Part shown: in pieces, positions 9,499-18,194 of the stretch
Numbering within the stretch: position 1 is the first letter of the stretch
How the letters are laid out: every line of letters begins with the position of its first letter
DNA from: an uncultured Oscillospiraceae bacterium
GTDB taxonomy: Bacteria; Bacillota; Clostridia; Oscillospirales; Oscillospiraceae
Direction: 5' to 3'
Length of the DNA stretch: 54,347 nt
NCBI GenBank assembly: GCA_944385425.1
Contig: CALWXD010000146.1
Span: 1-54,347 of the forward strand
Made by a program: the position numbers and the translations under genes
Notes under the pieces: generated by a model
The model's input: the letters and a program-made list of their open reading frames with translations, nothing else
Databases searched by the model: none
Told to the model about the DNA's origin: nothing

Positions 9499-10308
9499 AT
9501 GCGGGTCATTGATATGCACACGCATATTTTCCCGGATAAAATCGCGAAAAAAGCCACGGTGGCCACGGCGGACTACTTTGAGCTGCCGGAGCCGCCCAAC
9601 CACTACGGCACCGTCCAGGAGCTGGTGGATGTGCTGTGGGAGGCGGGCATCGACTACGCCATGGTCTTCTCCGCCGCCACCACCGCCCACCAGGTGGAGC
9701 ACATCAACCGCTATATCTACACCGAGGTGCAGGACTACCCCCAGTTTCTCCCCTGCGGCACCCTCCACGCGGAGTACGAGGGGTTTGTAGAGGAGCTGCG
9801 GTGGCTGCGGGAGCACGGGATCCACGGCATCAAGATCCACCCGGAGTTCCAGCACTTTGTCCTCAACGACAGGCGGCTCTTCCCCATGTTTGAGGAGATG
9901 GCCGCCCACGACATGTTCCTCATCTCCCACATGGGGGACCCCCGGGTGAACGTGTCCGGGCCGGAACGGATGATCGAGGTGGCCACCGCCTTCCCCAAGC
10001 TCCGGTGCATCGGCGCCCACCTGGGCAACTGGGGGGACTGGGACCTGGAGAAGATCGCCCCCCTGGCCAAGCTCCCCAACGTCTACGCCGACATCTCCAG
10101 CACCTTCTCCTACACGGATGACCATGAGACGCTGATGGCGATCCTCCGCGCCTACGACCCCACCCACTTGTTTTTCGGCAGCGACTATCCCATCTGGTGC
10201 CCCAAAAAGGAGCTGCGGAAAGTGCTGCGCCTGGGGATCCAGGAGGACCTGCTGGAGGATATTCTATTCAACAACTTCGCCCGGTTTTACCACTACCGGG
10301 CCCTCTGA
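9499..10308 (+). CDS. amidohydrolase-2 (TIM-barrel metal-dependent hydrolase) family protein
   Basis: MRVIDMHTHIFP... (the HxH metal motif at the N-terminus), ...HMGDP..., ...FGSDYP... acidic C-terminal motif. Confidence 0.7.
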   Translation: MRVIDMHTHIFPDKIAKKATVATADYFELPEPPNHYGTVQELVDVLWEAGIDYAMVFSAATTAHQVEHINRYIYTEVQDYPQFLPCGTLHAEYEGFVEELRWLREHGIHGIKIHPEFQHFVLNDRRLFPMFEEMAAHDMFLISHMGDPRVNVSGPERMIEVATAFPKLRCIGAHLGNWGDWDLEKIAPLAKLPNVYADISSTFSYTDDHETLMAILRAYDPTHLFFGSDYPIWCPKKELRKVLRLGIQEDLLEDILFNNFARFYHYRAL

Positions 10309-10320
10309 TCCGCTCTATGA

Positions 10321-10361
10321 GCCCGCGGGAACGGCCCTCTCCCCGCGGGCTTTCTTTTTTT
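10321..10361 (+). terminator. rho-independent terminator
   Basis: GCCCGCGGG-aacggccctctcc-CCGCGGGC followed by TTTCTTTTTTT. Confidence 0.7.
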
Positions 10362-11062
10362 CCTCCATCTCTTGGGAGGTTTCGCCCCCGGGCGAGGTAC
10401 TTTTTTCACGACAGTCGTAGGCTCTTTCCGCCCCCCGTTCTCTTTTTAAGAAAAAGAGAACGGGCCGCGGCCGGTCCAAAAGAAAAACTTTTTGACAGAC
10501 AGGGCTAGCTTATCCCGATTCCCCCAGGCTTTTTTCATCTTTCGCTGCATGTTGTGTCTGCCTGCGTTACCGACCGCGCCTTCCGTTTCACTAGGCGCTG
10601 GCCTGGTGAAAGGCGGAGGCTGCTGCCTTCATTTCCTGCCGTACCAGCGCGCAGCGGAGCGGTCAGCGCGGAAAGAGGAGCAGGCAGGCACAACGGCGGC
10701 GAAGGAAACGCAGTCTAACAAAAGGAGGGCAGACTTCCCCTGCTGGTAAAAGCGCCCTTTTACGGGGCCCCCGCCGGAGCCCAGCGCAGCGGGTCCGATG
10801 GGGAGAGGAGGCGCAGCGCAGCGAGGGAGCTCTGCCGCGCGCGGCAGAGCGACCGATGCGCAGCTTGTGCCGACGAGGACCGGCCACGGCCCGTTTATCT
10901 CCGGGCCAAGTGCCGCTGCACAGCGTCGGCTGCCCTCCGATTCACGCCTGCGGGCGTAGTCTTTTCGGCATGACGAAAAGAAAATGGGGGGTGGGATCGT
11001 CTCCCCAATGTGGGGGCGGATTCGCCCTTCTCAATGGGGAGTGAAAAAAACTGCCCCTGGGC

Positions 11063-11118
11063 TTGACAAATTTGTTATACGCTTGTATAATGCAGTCAGA
11101 AATTATACAATTGTATAA
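11063..11118 (+). promoter_or_regulatory. sigma-70-type promoter with two BlaI/MecI/CopY-type operator dyads
   Basis: TTGACA (11063-68), a 17 nt spacer, then TATAAT (11086-91). A perfect 16 bp dyad TTATAC-GCTT-GTATAA (11075-90) overlaps the -10. A second dyad TTATAC-AATT-GTATAA (11103-18) abuts the SD. Both contain the TACA/TGTA half-sites of the penicillinase-repressor family. Confidence 0.65.
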
Positions 11119-11130
11119 GGAGGACATGCG

Positions 11131-11520
11131 ATGGGCGGACGGACAAAACGGCTGGGGGACGCGGAGCTGGAGATCATGCAGGTGATCTGGAGCAGCGAAG
11201 AACCGGTGCGCTCCACCTACGTCCAGCAGCAGCTGAAAAACCGGCGGGACTGGCCCCTGCCCGCCGTGGCCACGGCGCTGAACCGGCTGGTGGAGAAGGG
11301 GTATCTGCTGTGTGAAAAGGAGGGGCGGGGCAACCTGTACCGCCCTCTGGTATCCGCGGCGGACTATCAGGCGGCGGAGGGCCGCAGCCTCCTCCACCGC
11401 CTCTACGGCGACTCCTTCACCGGCATGGTGGCCGCCCTGTACCGGGGCAAGGCCATCAGCCGGTCGGATCTTGCGGAGCTGCGGGACTTTTTGGATACGC
11501 TGGAGCGGGAGGAGGAGTAG
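11131..11520 (+). CDS. BlaI/MecI/CopY family transcriptional repressor
   Basis: 129 aa winged-helix penicillinase repressor signature (LGDAELEIMQVIWS...STYVQQQL...AVATALNRLVEKGYL). SD TAAGGAGG lies 8 nt upstream. Confidence 0.85.
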   Translation: MGGRTKRLGDAELEIMQVIWSSEEPVRSTYVQQQLKNRRDWPLPAVATALNRLVEKGYLLCEKEGRGNLYRPLVSAADYQAAEGRSLLHRLYGDSFTGMVAALYRGKAISRSDLAELRDFLDTLEREEE

Positions 11521-11522
11521 AC

Positions 11523-14453
11523 ATGGAACTGCTGCTGAATCTGTTGAAGGTCAGTCTGGTGGCCGGCGGGGCGACCGTGCTGCTGACGCTGTTGAAGCCG
11601 CTGCTGCGGCGCCGGTTCCACGCCAAGTGGCGGTACTGGGTGTGGCTGTGCCTGGCGGCGCTGCTGCTGACGCCGCTGCTGCCCAGTCTGCCCCTGTCCC
11701 TGCCGGCGGAGCGGGCCCCCATCCAGGTGGAGGTGCCGGCGCTGTCGGTGACCTATGAAACCGGCGGCGGGCTGGGCCTCAGCCCCCAGTCCGCCCCGGC
11801 CCCTCAGCTGCCGCCGCTGGAGACGGAGACCGCCGGCGGGACGCCGGTTGCCCCCGCCGACCTCCGGGAGTCTTCCCCTGCCACCGCCGGGGTGCGGGCG
11901 GCCTCCGCCGTCCCGCTGGAGGCGGTGCTGCTGGCCCTGTGGGCGGCAGGGGCCGCTCTTTTCCTTCTCTGGCAGCTGGCGGGGACGGTCATTCTCTCCC
12001 GCCGCGCCATGACGGCGGCCCGGCCGCCCCGGGCGGAGACGGAGGCTGCCATGGAGAAGGCCGCCAGCGAGCTGGGCCTTCGGCGGCGGCCCGCCCTCTG
12101 GGTCACCCCGGCGGTGGGGAGCCCCATGGTCGTCGGCCTTCTCCGCCCCAGGCTCCTGCTGCCGGTGGAGGACTACACGCCGCGTAGCCTTGCCTTCATT
12201 TTCCGCCACGAGCTGACCCACTGCCGCCGCCATGACCTCTGGTACCAGCTGGCACTGCTGCTGGCCAACGCGGTCCACTGGTTCAACCCCCTCGTCTGGC
12301 TGATGGTCCGCCAGGCCCAGGGGGACCTGGAGCTGACCTGTGACGACGCGGTGGTGGCCGGCGCCGACCGGGAGACCCGCCGGGCCTACAGCGAGACGCT
12401 GCTGGCAGCGCTGCACAGGCAGCGCCGCGCCGCCCTCTCCACCCACTTTTACGGCGGGAAGGCGGCCATGAAGGAGCGGTTTTGCAACATCATGGCCGGA
12501 CGGAGCAGGCGGCGGGGGACGGCCCTCCTCTGCCTGGCGGTGGCGGCCGCCGGGGCGGCGACCCTGGCCGTGGCCTGTACCGCCCAGCGGCCGGAGGCCC
12601 TTAGTGAGGAGGAGCTGGCTCTCTGGCAGGAGCGGGTGTCCACCCCGGAGTGGTACGGCTTTTTTGCCCACCCCTACAGCGACGTCACCCACCTGGATCT
12701 GGATGATATCCTGCTCTACGGCCTTGTGGGGACGGATGTGCTCCAGGTGGCCAGCGAGGAGGAGCGGCAGGCCTATCTCCAGTTCCACGGCTGGGACGAG
12801 GACAGCGGCCCGGAGGTGGTCTACCGCATTGATTGGGACGCTCTGGACGCCTTCCTGCAGGAAAAAATCGGCATCGGCGCGGCGGACCTGGCAGACAGCC
12901 TGGATCCCTATGACACCTTCACCGGCGCCGCTGACGACGCCTGGTACCGCACCGCCGTGGATTACGGCGTCACTTATATGGGAGAGGACCCCCAGATCAT
13001 CGCCGGACAGCGGCTGGGGGACACGGTGACGCTGACCGTGGACATCCGGGAGTCCGGCTACTACGGCCACGGCGGCCCCATGTCCACCCTCACCATGACC
13101 ATCCAGGACGGGAAGATCGTCAGCTACACCAACCCCTACTACAACGACGTGGAGGCCCTGACGGAGCAGTGGATCGCCGAGCAGGCCCAGGGCATGGAGG
13201 ACCTGGGCATCCCGGTGGAAAAGGCGGTGGTGGACATCTTCCGCTGCGACGGGTACACCGAGGACGGCTACACCCAGTGGCTGGTGTCCTGGCGCTTTCT
13301 GCCGGAGGACGTGGATGACCCGGACCTGGACCGCCTGGCGGAGACCAGCTGGGTGGAGGAGCAGGGCTGGCGGGTCCAGCTGGGCAGCCCCTACACCTAC
13401 CTCATCTTCCGCTCCACGGCGGACGGCGGGGCGGAGCTAGTAGAGGCTGTGCCGGACAGCGAGATCACCTTCCCCTTTGCCGCCTATGTCCGCTATGTGA
13501 TGCAGGAGGGGCTCACCTTCTCCAAACACGGCTCCTACTACCCGGCGGCGGACACCGCCTTCCTCCGCTCCCTGGCGGTGGGCGGGGAAGCCTGGGCCAC
13601 CGACTGCGAGACGGTGGCGGAGCGGTTTGTGGCCGCCCAGGGCTACACCCCCGCCGGCACATCCGTGCTGGATCAGGGCCTCTCTGGAAACGGGCCCTCC
13701 GGGGAGCTGGTCCTTCTCCGGGTGGATACGGAGGAGGGGGCAGCCTTCACCCTGCTCATGAACGACCTCCTGCTGGAGATGCAGCTGGATCCCTCCAGCG
13801 GTTCTTTGACCTCCGCCCGCTACTGGGCCGTGATGGGCTATAAGGCGGAGGGGACAAACGTACAGCCGGCGGAGGACAGCTTTGTGCTGCAGAACGTCCT
13901 GCCAGATCCCATGATCCCCGCGGGCTTTTATCTGGTGCTGCCCAACAACTGGGCCTTCTATCTCAACGACTGCCTGGAGGGCGCGGCGGCCTCCACCGTG
14001 TCCCCCCTGGCCGTCAGCTACCCCGGCAATTCCTTCGGCACGCCGGAGATCGACTCCATCCAGCAGGAGACCCAGCGCACCACGGAGGACGGTCTGATCC
14101 AGGAGATTTTGCAGGTGACCTGCGCCATCCCCGTGACGGAGGTGGGCGGCGGGGCGGTTCTCCCCGCCGGCGACGCGGACGACGCCGGGACGTGGACCTA
14201 CTACGACTCCACCATCCGTCTGGCGGTGGAGCGGGACAGCCGCGACGTCCTCCGCACCTGGACCTTCCGCAGCGCCTTGGATCAGGAAAACACAGGTGAG
14301 GACTATATCCAGGCCCTCTGGGCGGAGGCGGAGGCCGCTCTCAGCCGGGGGGAGGGGCTGGAGACCCACGACGTGTCCCCCGCCATCTTCTGGGACACGG
14401 TGCAGGGGGAGCTGTACGCCGTCTCCTTCCAGCCTGTCCAGCCGGCGGAGTAG
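11523..14453 (+). CDS. BlaR1/MecR1-like signal transducer: an M56 zinc-metalloprotease membrane domain fused to a large (~600 aa) non-PBP extracytoplasmic domain
   Basis: N-terminal TM helices are followed by the HEXXH motif FRHELTHCRRHD and a further TM (ALLCLAVAAAGAATLAVAC). The ~620 aa C-terminal domain has no SxxK/KTG penicillin-binding motifs. The gene is translationally coupled 2 nt after the blaI-like stop. Confidence 0.8.
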   Translation: MELLLNLLKVSLVAGGATVLLTLLKPLLRRRFHAKWRYWVWLCLAALLLTPLLPSLPLSLPAERAPIQVEVPALSVTYETGGGLGLSPQSAPAPQLPPLETETAGGTPVAPADLRESSPATAGVRAASAVPLEAVLLALWAAGAALFLLWQLAGTVILSRRAMTAARPPRAETEAAMEKAASELGLRRRPALWVTPAVGSPMVVGLLRPRLLLPVEDYTPRSLAFIFRHELTHCRRHDLWYQLALLLANAVHWFNPLVWLMVRQAQGDLELTCDDAVVAGADRETRRAYSETLLAALHRQRRAALSTHFYGGKAAMKERFCNIMAGRSRRRGTALLCLAVAAAGAATLAVACTAQRPEALSEEELALWQERVSTPEWYGFFAHPYSDVTHLDLDDILLYGLVGTDVLQVASEEERQAYLQFHGWDEDSGPEVVYRIDWDALDAFLQEKIGIGAADLADSLDPYDTFTGAADDAWYRTAVDYGVTYMGEDPQIIAGQRLGDTVTLTVDIRESGYYGHGGPMSTLTMTIQDGKIVSYTNPYYNDVEALTEQWIAEQAQGMEDLGIPVEKAVVDIFRCDGYTEDGYTQWLVSWRFLPEDVDDPDLDRLAETSWVEEQGWRVQLGSPYTYLIFRSTADGGAELVEAVPDSEITFPFAAYVRYVMQEGLTFSKHGSYYPAADTAFLRSLAVGGEAWATDCETVAERFVAAQGYTPAGTSVLDQGLSGNGPSGELVLLRVDTEEGAAFTLLMNDLLLEMQLDPSSGSLTSARYWAVMGYKAEGTNVQPAEDSFVLQNVLPDPMIPAGFYLVLPNNWAFYLNDCLEGAAASTVSPLAVSYPGNSFGTPEIDSIQQETQRTTEDGLIQEILQVTCAIPVTEVGGGAVLPAGDADDAGTWTYYDSTIRLAVERDSRDVLRTWTFRSALDQENTGEDYIQALWAEAEAALSRGEGLETHDVSPAIFWDTVQGELYAVSFQPVQPAE

Positions 14454-14637
14454 GGTACCGTGGGGAAGGTGACAAATTTTTTCAAATTTTTGGAAAAGGC
14501 GCGGAACCTTTGGCCTTCTCTTTGCGTCTATAAAAGATAAGAGGATACGGACAGGCGGTTGTCTGTCCGTATCCGGCTTGCACATTGCTTTGGCCGCCGC
14601 CCCGCGAGGGCTGGGGCCGGGGAACAGGGGGGAGACC

Positions 14638-16938
14638 ATGCAGGAGGAGAAAACGCGGAAGCGCCGGCCGCCGATCCGGTATTTCGCGGCGGCGGCAGCC
14701 GTGCTGCTCATCGCGGCGGCGGCCATGGGGGCCTCCCTGCTCCGCAGCCGCAGCGGCCCCCTCTCCCAGGAGGCCCTGGCGGAGTGGGAGCAGCGGCTCA
14801 ACAGCCCGGAGTGGCGGGGGCTGGTCTCCCAGCTCTACAGCGACCGTGCCTATCTCAGCGCAAGCCGCCTGCTGGAAAGCGGCGGTCCCGTCCGGGAGCC
14901 CACGGCGGAGGAGATGGCCGCCCTCCGCGCCCTGGGCGGGGAGCCGGAGGACGGCTCCCCATGTCTCGCCGTGTCGGAGGATGCGCTGGACGACTATCTG
15001 GCGGAAAAGACCGGCCAGGGGCTGGACGCCTTCCGCCACACCCTCTCTGACTGGACCTACCTCCCCGACAGCGGCGCCTACTGCCGCGCCGCCGCGCCGG
15101 CGGAGGAGGGCGCCCCTCTCACCGTCACCGGCGGGGAGCAGGAGGGGGACACCCTGGTGCTCTTCCTCCGCCGGGAGGGGGCGCCCCAGGCCCTGGGCGA
15201 CACGGTTCTCACCCTCGCCGGCGGCAGGGTGCAAAGCCACACCAACGAGCAGTACAACGCCGTGGAGGCCATGGCCCTGGACCTTCTCAGCCGGCAGGTC
15301 CGCACCCTGGAGGACGGCGGGACGGCGGTCCAGTCCGCCTACCTCGCAAGCCTCCGCTGCGTGGACTGGCGGGAGGACGGCTACTTCCTGTGGGCGCTGG
15401 ACTACCGCATCCTCCCCGCGGAGGACGGCGCGGCGCAGGCGGGCGCCGCCGTCTCCCGGGACGGCTGGCTCACCGCGGACAGCGGCCAGGGACTCCCCCT
15501 CTTTATCGTCAAGGGGGACGCGGACGGCCGCTTTGTGCTGATGGACACCCTCTCCAGCGGCGCCATGCCTGTGGAGGACTGGAACCAATATGTGGACTAT
15601 GCGCTGGAGCTGGGCCTGGCGGTGGATTTCGGCCGGCCCTGGCCGGAGGCCACCGCCTCCCTGCTGCGCTCGGTGGCCTCCGGCGGCGAGCAGTGGGCCA
15701 CCACCCTGGAGGGGGTCCTTACCGGCTACCTGCTCTCCTGCGGCGACACCCTGGAGGGCTGGGAGACCCTCTCCTCCTCCGTGGGGCCGGCGGCAGGCGG
15801 GCAGACGGCGACGTATGTGGTGGCCTCGGCCCGGGAGGACGCCGGCCTGCGGCGGTACACCCTCCTCTGCCGCCGCAGCCTCTACACCGACACCCAGGAC
15901 GTCCGCCCCATCAGCCTGTGGCAGGTGGTGGGCGTCCGGACGGAGGGGGAGGCCCCCGCCGCTCCCCGGGCCGCCGCCGGCCGCAGCCAGACCATAGAGC
16001 TGACGGCGGGGGAGACGGCGATCCCCTGCTATCTGGCCCAGGGCGGCGGCAGCTACGGGCGGTACGCCTGGAGCCTCTACCTCCCCCAGACCTGGCGGCA
16101 GGACGGCAGCCGCTGGTATCCCAGCGCCAGCCAGCTCAGCGCCTTCCTGGAGATCCGCTCCCATGAGCGGGGCTACACCCTGCAGCAGTTTTACGACTCC
16201 TTTGCCCGCTACGCCGGCGTAGAGACCTACCTCCTCTGGGAGGGGACCGCCGCCTGGGCCAGGGGGCACAGCGGCCGCCAGCAGATGACGGAGTCCCTCC
16301 TCTTCCAGGGGGAGGACGGGGTCTTTGAGGTCATGTGGACCTACCCGGAGGGGTATGAGGACCGGGGCCTCTTTGCCGCCGCGGCGGAGACCTTCCTCCC
16401 CGGCGGCGCGGCGGGCCGCCTCCCCTTCTCCCAGGAGGAGGACGGCGCCCCGGCGGCGGCGCTGACGGAACGGGAGCCGGCCGTGCCGGAGGAGCTGTGG
16501 CTGGTGCTGCCCGGGGGCGGCGCCTGGCGGGCGGCGGATCTCTTCGCCCCCTATCTCCAGGCCCTCTCCGGTGAGGCCGCCTTTACCGGGTGCAGCGTCC
16601 TGGCCACCCTCTCCGCCGGCCAGGGGCGGGAGCTGGTCCTTCTCTTCGGCCAGTTCCCCGTCCCCCTGGAGGAGGGGGAGGCGATCCCCACCGGGGCCTA
16701 TGCCAGCGACAGCGGCCGGTGGATGAAGGACGTCCCCCTGTGGCTGGCGGTGGAGCACGACGGAGAGCGGATCCTCTCCCTCCGCGCCCTCTCCGCGCCC
16801 AGGGCGGTTCCCCCCTCCGCCCCGCTGCTCCGGTCCCTGCTGGACGTCCCCGCCGACCCCTTCTCCGCGCCCCCCGGCGGCTGGCGGGACGCGGAAACCG
16901 GCCGCGTCCGGGAGGCGGAGGACAGCCCCGCCCCGTAA
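14638..16938 (+). CDS. membrane-anchored extracytoplasmic protein, a paralog of the sensor domain of the upstream BlaR1-like protein
   Basis: An N-terminal signal-anchor (RYFAAAAAVLLIAAAAMGASLL) is followed by a domain clearly homologous to residues ~350-900 of the BlaR1-like protein. Examples: LSQEALAEWEQRLNSPEW aligns with LSEEELALWQERVSTPEW, HTNEQYNAVEAM with YTNPYYNDVEAL, and LLRSVASGGEQWATT with FLRSLAVGGEAWATD. The ATG at 14638 is preceded by GGGGGGAG. The track start is a TTG. Confidence 0.6.
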   Translation: MQEEKTRKRRPPIRYFAAAAAVLLIAAAAMGASLLRSRSGPLSQEALAEWEQRLNSPEWRGLVSQLYSDRAYLSASRLLESGGPVREPTAEEMAALRALGGEPEDGSPCLAVSEDALDDYLAEKTGQGLDAFRHTLSDWTYLPDSGAYCRAAAPAEEGAPLTVTGGEQEGDTLVLFLRREGAPQALGDTVLTLAGGRVQSHTNEQYNAVEAMALDLLSRQVRTLEDGGTAVQSAYLASLRCVDWREDGYFLWALDYRILPAEDGAAQAGAAVSRDGWLTADSGQGLPLFIVKGDADGRFVLMDTLSSGAMPVEDWNQYVDYALELGLAVDFGRPWPEATASLLRSVASGGEQWATTLEGVLTGYLLSCGDTLEGWETLSSSVGPAAGGQTATYVVASAREDAGLRRYTLLCRRSLYTDTQDVRPISLWQVVGVRTEGEAPAAPRAAAGRSQTIELTAGETAIPCYLAQGGGSYGRYAWSLYLPQTWRQDGSRWYPSASQLSAFLEIRSHERGYTLQQFYDSFARYAGVETYLLWEGTAAWARGHSGRQQMTESLLFQGEDGVFEVMWTYPEGYEDRGLFAAAAETFLPGGAAGRLPFSQEEDGAPAAALTEREPAVPEELWLVLPGGGAWRAADLFAPYLQALSGEAAFTGCSVLATLSAGQGRELVLLFGQFPVPLEEGEAIPTGAYASDSGRWMKDVPLWLAVEHDGERILSLRALSAPRAVPPSAPLLRSLLDVPADPFSAPPGGWRDAETGRVREAEDSPAP

Positions 16939-16946
16939 GAAACAGC

Positions 16947-16984
16947 AAAGGCCCGCAGGCGCATCGCGCCTGCGGGCCTTTTCC
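16947..16984. terminator. bidirectional rho-independent terminator
   Basis: AAAGGCCCGCAGGCGC-atc-GCGCCTGCGGGCC followed by TTTT. It sits between convergent genes. Confidence 0.7.
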
Positions 16985-16996
16985 CGTTCCCTTTCG

Positions 16997-18022
16997 TTAT
17001 TTGAACCGGGTGACGCAGCTGCGGTTGATCTCCGGGAGGCTGTGGACGCCGCACATGGCCATGGTGTCCGCCAGCTCCGCCTTCAGCCGCCGGATGTAGA
17101 GGGCCGCCCCCTCCGCCCCGCCGCCGTAGAGGGCGGGGACAAAGGGCCGGCCGATGAGCACCCCGCGGGCCCCCAGGGCCAGGGCTTTGAACACGTCCAT
17201 CCCCGTGCGGATGCCACCGTCCACCAGGACGGTGAGGTCCTTCCCCACCGCGTCGACGATGGTGGGCAGCACCTCCGCCGTGGCGGGGCACTGGTCCAGC
17301 ACCCGGCCGCCGTGGTTGGAGACCACGATGGCCTTGGCCCCGGCGGCCGCGGCCTTCTCCGCCCCCCGGACGGTCATGATCCCCTTGAGGATGAAGGGCA
17401 GGTCCCCGCAGGCCGCCGCCACCTCCCGCAGCTCCTCCACCGTCTTGCTGCCGGCGGGGGGCGTCAGGTTCTGGAGGAAGGGCAGGCCCGCCGCGTCGAT
17501 GTCCATGGCGATGGCGGCGGCGCCGGCGGCCTTGGCCATCTCCAGCTTGCGGAGGAGGGTGTCCCGGTCCCAGGGTTTGACGGTGGGGATCCCCGCGCCG
17601 CCGCTGCCCTGGATCGCGGCGCAGGCCCCCTCGAACACCCGGGGGTCTGTGCCGTCGCCGGTGAAGGCGGCGATGCCCTCCCCGGCGCAGGCGGGCACCA
17701 GGATGTTGTTGTAGGAGAGGTCGTCGTGCTTGTCGCCGTAGTGCAGCTTCAGCGCGCCAATGGGGGCGGCGAAAATCGGCGCGGAGAACTGCCGCCCCAG
17801 CAGCGCCGCCGACAGGTCCACCGGCTTGTTCTCACAGATGGTGTCCAGGTTCACCAGCACCTCCTGCCACTTCTGGTAGTTGCGGATGGCGCCGGTGCCA
17901 AGGCCCTTGGCCCCGGGGCCGGGCACGGTATTGCGGCAGGCCAGGCCGTTGCACACCGGGCAGGCCTTGCAGTGGGGGCCGACGCAGGTCCGGGCGGCGG
18001 CCAGCACTTCCTCGTAGGTCAT
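16997..18022 (-). CDS. FMN-dependent alpha-hydroxy-acid dehydrogenase/oxidase family protein
   Basis: 341 aa with a TIM-barrel FMN signature (VSNHGGR, GGIRTG). There is an N-terminal Cys cluster CKACPVCNGLAC. SD GAGGAGGAG. Confidence 0.8.
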   Translation of the reverse strand: MTYEEVLAAARTCVGPHCKACPVCNGLACRNTVPGPGAKGLGTGAIRNYQKWQEVLVNLDTICENKPVDLSAALLGRQFSAPIFAAPIGALKLHYGDKHDDLSYNNILVPACAGEGIAAFTGDGTDPRVFEGACAAIQGSGGAGIPTVKPWDRDTLLRKLEMAKAAGAAAIAMDIDAAGLPFLQNLTPPAGSKTVEELREVAAACGDLPFILKGIMTVRGAEKAAAAGAKAIVVSNHGGRVLDQCPATAEVLPTIVDAVGKDLTVLVDGGIRTGMDVFKALALGARGVLIGRPFVPALYGGGAEGAALYIRRLKAELADTMAMCGVHSLPEINRSCVTRFK

Positions 18023-18194
18023 GAATCGCTCCTCCTCATCTCATCAGTCTTCTGCCGACGGGCAGATCTCCGGTCTATACCGGATTTGACCACATTGTAG
18101 CGAAAATTTTCTCTTCCTGCAAGGGAGGACGGCACTTTTTCCTTCTCCCTGCGTCTATATGGATAGAACCCCTATTTTGAAAGGAGGAAGACGG

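Noticed and set aside
10362-11062. Possible rRNA, tRNA, tmRNA, RNase P or CRISPR element in the long intergenic region
   Set aside because: None of the conserved RNase P, tmRNA tag-ORF or cloverleaf signatures is present. There are no regularly spaced direct repeats. The region is left as an unexplained structured non-coding region.
11523-14453. Calling the M56 protein a beta-lactam sensor (BlaR1/MecR1) and the locus a resistance operon
   Set aside because: The extracytoplasmic domain lacks the SxxK, SxN and KTG motifs of the penicillin-binding sensor fold. No beta-lactamase or PBP gene is under the operators. Only the M56 protease domain and the BlaI-type regulatory logic are supported.
13437-16758. 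454 aa and 758 aa minus-strand ORFs
   Set aside because: They are shadow ORFs opposite the BlaR1-like gene and its sensor paralog. They have no SD and low-complexity translations.
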